A stretch of DNA of 64,000 nucleotides from the human T2T-CHM13v2.0 reference genome, Homo sapiens: NCBI RefSeq assembly GCF_009914755.1, contig NC_060930.1. One strand, written 5' to 3'. Below, one piece after another: positions 61,962 through 64,000 of this stretch. The stretch's first letter is position 1, and the number at the start of each line of letters is the position of its first letter. Both the position numbers and the translations under genes were made by a program. The notes beneath the pieces were generated by a model. It was not told the origin of the DNA. It ran no database searches and was given only the letters and a program-made list of their open reading frames with translations.

Positions 61962-63094
61962 CATTGAATAGAATAATATTTTATTCCCACTTCTGGACTC
62001 AGGTAAAACCTGAGTCATATAGAGGGATCTGAATTGAGACCACAGGCAAATGACTTTTAGTGAAAAAGAAAGGAGAAATTAACAAGATAATAGGAGGTTT
62101 AAGAAAGGCAAGATCATAAGGTCTTCTATGTTAGCAAACAGTAAATGTTCCAAGAATATCAAGCATTCATATACACAGTGTAGACCTCAAACCCATATTT
62201 GCTACTTTGTATTTCCATTTCTTCTAATTTCCCCAATTTTTTATTGGTCATATTATTGAAATTTTGATTTTGAAAATGTATTCTTGGGAGAAAATGCAAA
62301 TGTCTTATTCTCATTTAAATATACCATAGGCTAAACCTCATTCCCCTTATGTCATCATTTAAAACACCTAAATTATTTTACAGAAGTTGAGGGTTGTTAA
62401 ATATATTAAATCTATAGACAGCTTCATGTTTTTAAATTTGTCTTCAGTTTAGAGAACAAGGTTGGAAGTGTTTCTTAAAATAATCAGAAGTTCCATCCAA
62501 AAGCCAACATCTTATGAAAGAGAATAATGGATTATCGTGGACATACATCTCAGGAATGTCTTTCCACTGCACACCAACTCTAACAAAATAAAGGTGCACA
62601 CCACCTCTAACAGAATGAAAATCTGACCAAACCTGCAGTAATACAAGTTTTTACCTACAAAATAGTCACTTGAGCTACTCTGTTTTGGGCGCTGTAGAGC
62701 CGTGCCAAGGGAGAAATTGAGTGATAATTTTCTGTAAGGGAAATATCAAAGCAAAGTTAAGTTTGTTAAGGCAGAAATACAAATCACGTGAAAAAAGTAA
62801 ATGATAAAAGTCTGTGAAAGTTTAGAAAGAAAAATCTTGACTCTCAATCTTCCAGTTCCTGTTGCATCTTCTGATGACTGTTTCTTGCCATTTGATTTTG
62901 CGTATGTTTTAATATATTCCTCTTTTTGCCTTAACTAATCGAATAATCATTCCTGTTGATTGCAACCAAATGGCCCCTGATTAAAGCCAACCTTGGCATT
63001 CTGTTTCGATTAACAACTTCTGAAATTCTGATATCATTTCTTAATTTCTACCTTACTGTCCTTTACTTTTCTTGAATCTTTATAATTAATATAC

Positions 63095-63305
63095 ATTTTA
63101 GCACCTCTTAGCATCAAGACACTGTTCTGAGCACTTTAAAAATATGAATTAATCTAATTCTTTTGGCAGCATTATGAAACAGATACAATTTTCAACCAAG
63201 GTTAACACAGGAAGAAATGTGGCACTGGCTAAGTAGATTGCGGAAGATCACACAGTGATACATGGCAGAGTAAAGATTGAACCCCAGGCATCTGGCTACA
63301 GAGAT
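63095..63305 (-). mobile_element. MIR
   Basis: 'cactgttctgagcacttt...aagatcacacagtgatacatggcagagtaaagattgaaccccaggcatctggct'. Confidence 0.7.
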
Positions 63306-64000
63306 ATAACCGATATCCTAGACATTTTCTATTTCTACTTGGAAGGACTTTTGAGGATATAAATATTGATTATTTAGACTAGATTGTTCTTTAAAACTCT
63401 GCAAAGCATTACATAGCATGTGTTCAAACTTAGTTCAGCATCTAAGAGCAGAGCAAGTTTGGTAAACTGTAATAATGTTGACTGTAGCTGGATATAAGTA
63501 TATTTAGAAATACCATTTTAAAATAAATAGTAATTAATATATGAAGAAGAACAAACTATATTCTCTCTTTTGCATGAGATAAGCAGGTTTCCCTGGCAAG
63601 AAGCATCTCTCTTTCTATCAAACTGTAGTGTTCTTTTCCAATTTGGTTTATTTACCCAAACACAAGAGCTTTCTTGGACTTCTTTAAAGAGTTGAACCAT
63701 AGTTCCTGCCAGAATCTAGACCAGCCTATTTCTGAGCAACTAGCTACTTGCCTATATTTTGGAGCAGCCAGAATTAAATATAAAGAACTAAGCACTGTCT
63801 TCTTCAAGGGCTGTTAAGCAAAGGTGGCCAAAGGCTGAGGAAATTATACATCTGAGCTCCCAATTACATGAGATGGAATTTATATAGGCTGACATTTTAC
63901 TGAGTAACAAACTAATTTCTTACACCACGGAAGTGTGGTAATAAATTAATATGTCACTATTTGACTTGCCTTTCAAAATGAGAAACAAATACCTGGCCAT

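Overview
AT-rich, LINE-dense hominoid (human or ape) genomic DNA. I could not recognise any host protein-coding exon or RNA gene; nearly all ORFs in the track come from repeats. Main contents: (1) four young primate L1s: the 3' end of an L1PA4-like copy (1-~1085), a full-length dead L1PA4-like copy with TSD (20895-~27070), a twin-primed L1PA5-like copy with a 14-bp TSD (41888-47991) carrying a solo LTR12/ERV9 LTR (44737-45967), and a doubly truncated L1PA3/4 fragment (60068-61961). (2) A decayed ERV1 (3' LTR, PPT, env remnant split by an Alu). (3) Older nested L1M/L1PA copies, THE1/MLT LTRs, MER6, Tigger4b, MER58, MER63A, MIR/L2 and several Alus. The most unusual signal is that the four young L1s are separate insertions from at least two subfamilies, yet share about a dozen non-consensus changes in a patchy pattern. 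These include the same ORF2 nonsense change (ATG AGA>ATT TGA, three copies) and the same +1 frameshift (two copies). This points to local inter-L1 gene conversion or to an assembly/polishing artefact; the sequence alone cannot distinguish them. Other points: an LTR12 promoter in sense just upstream of an open 343-aa L1 RT-core ORF, a mini 3' transduction, a near-perfect 85-nt hairpin and a ~168-bp templated duplication inside a microsatellite. Subfamily names and consensus comparisons come from recalled consensus sequences and need Dfam/RepeatMasker confirmation.
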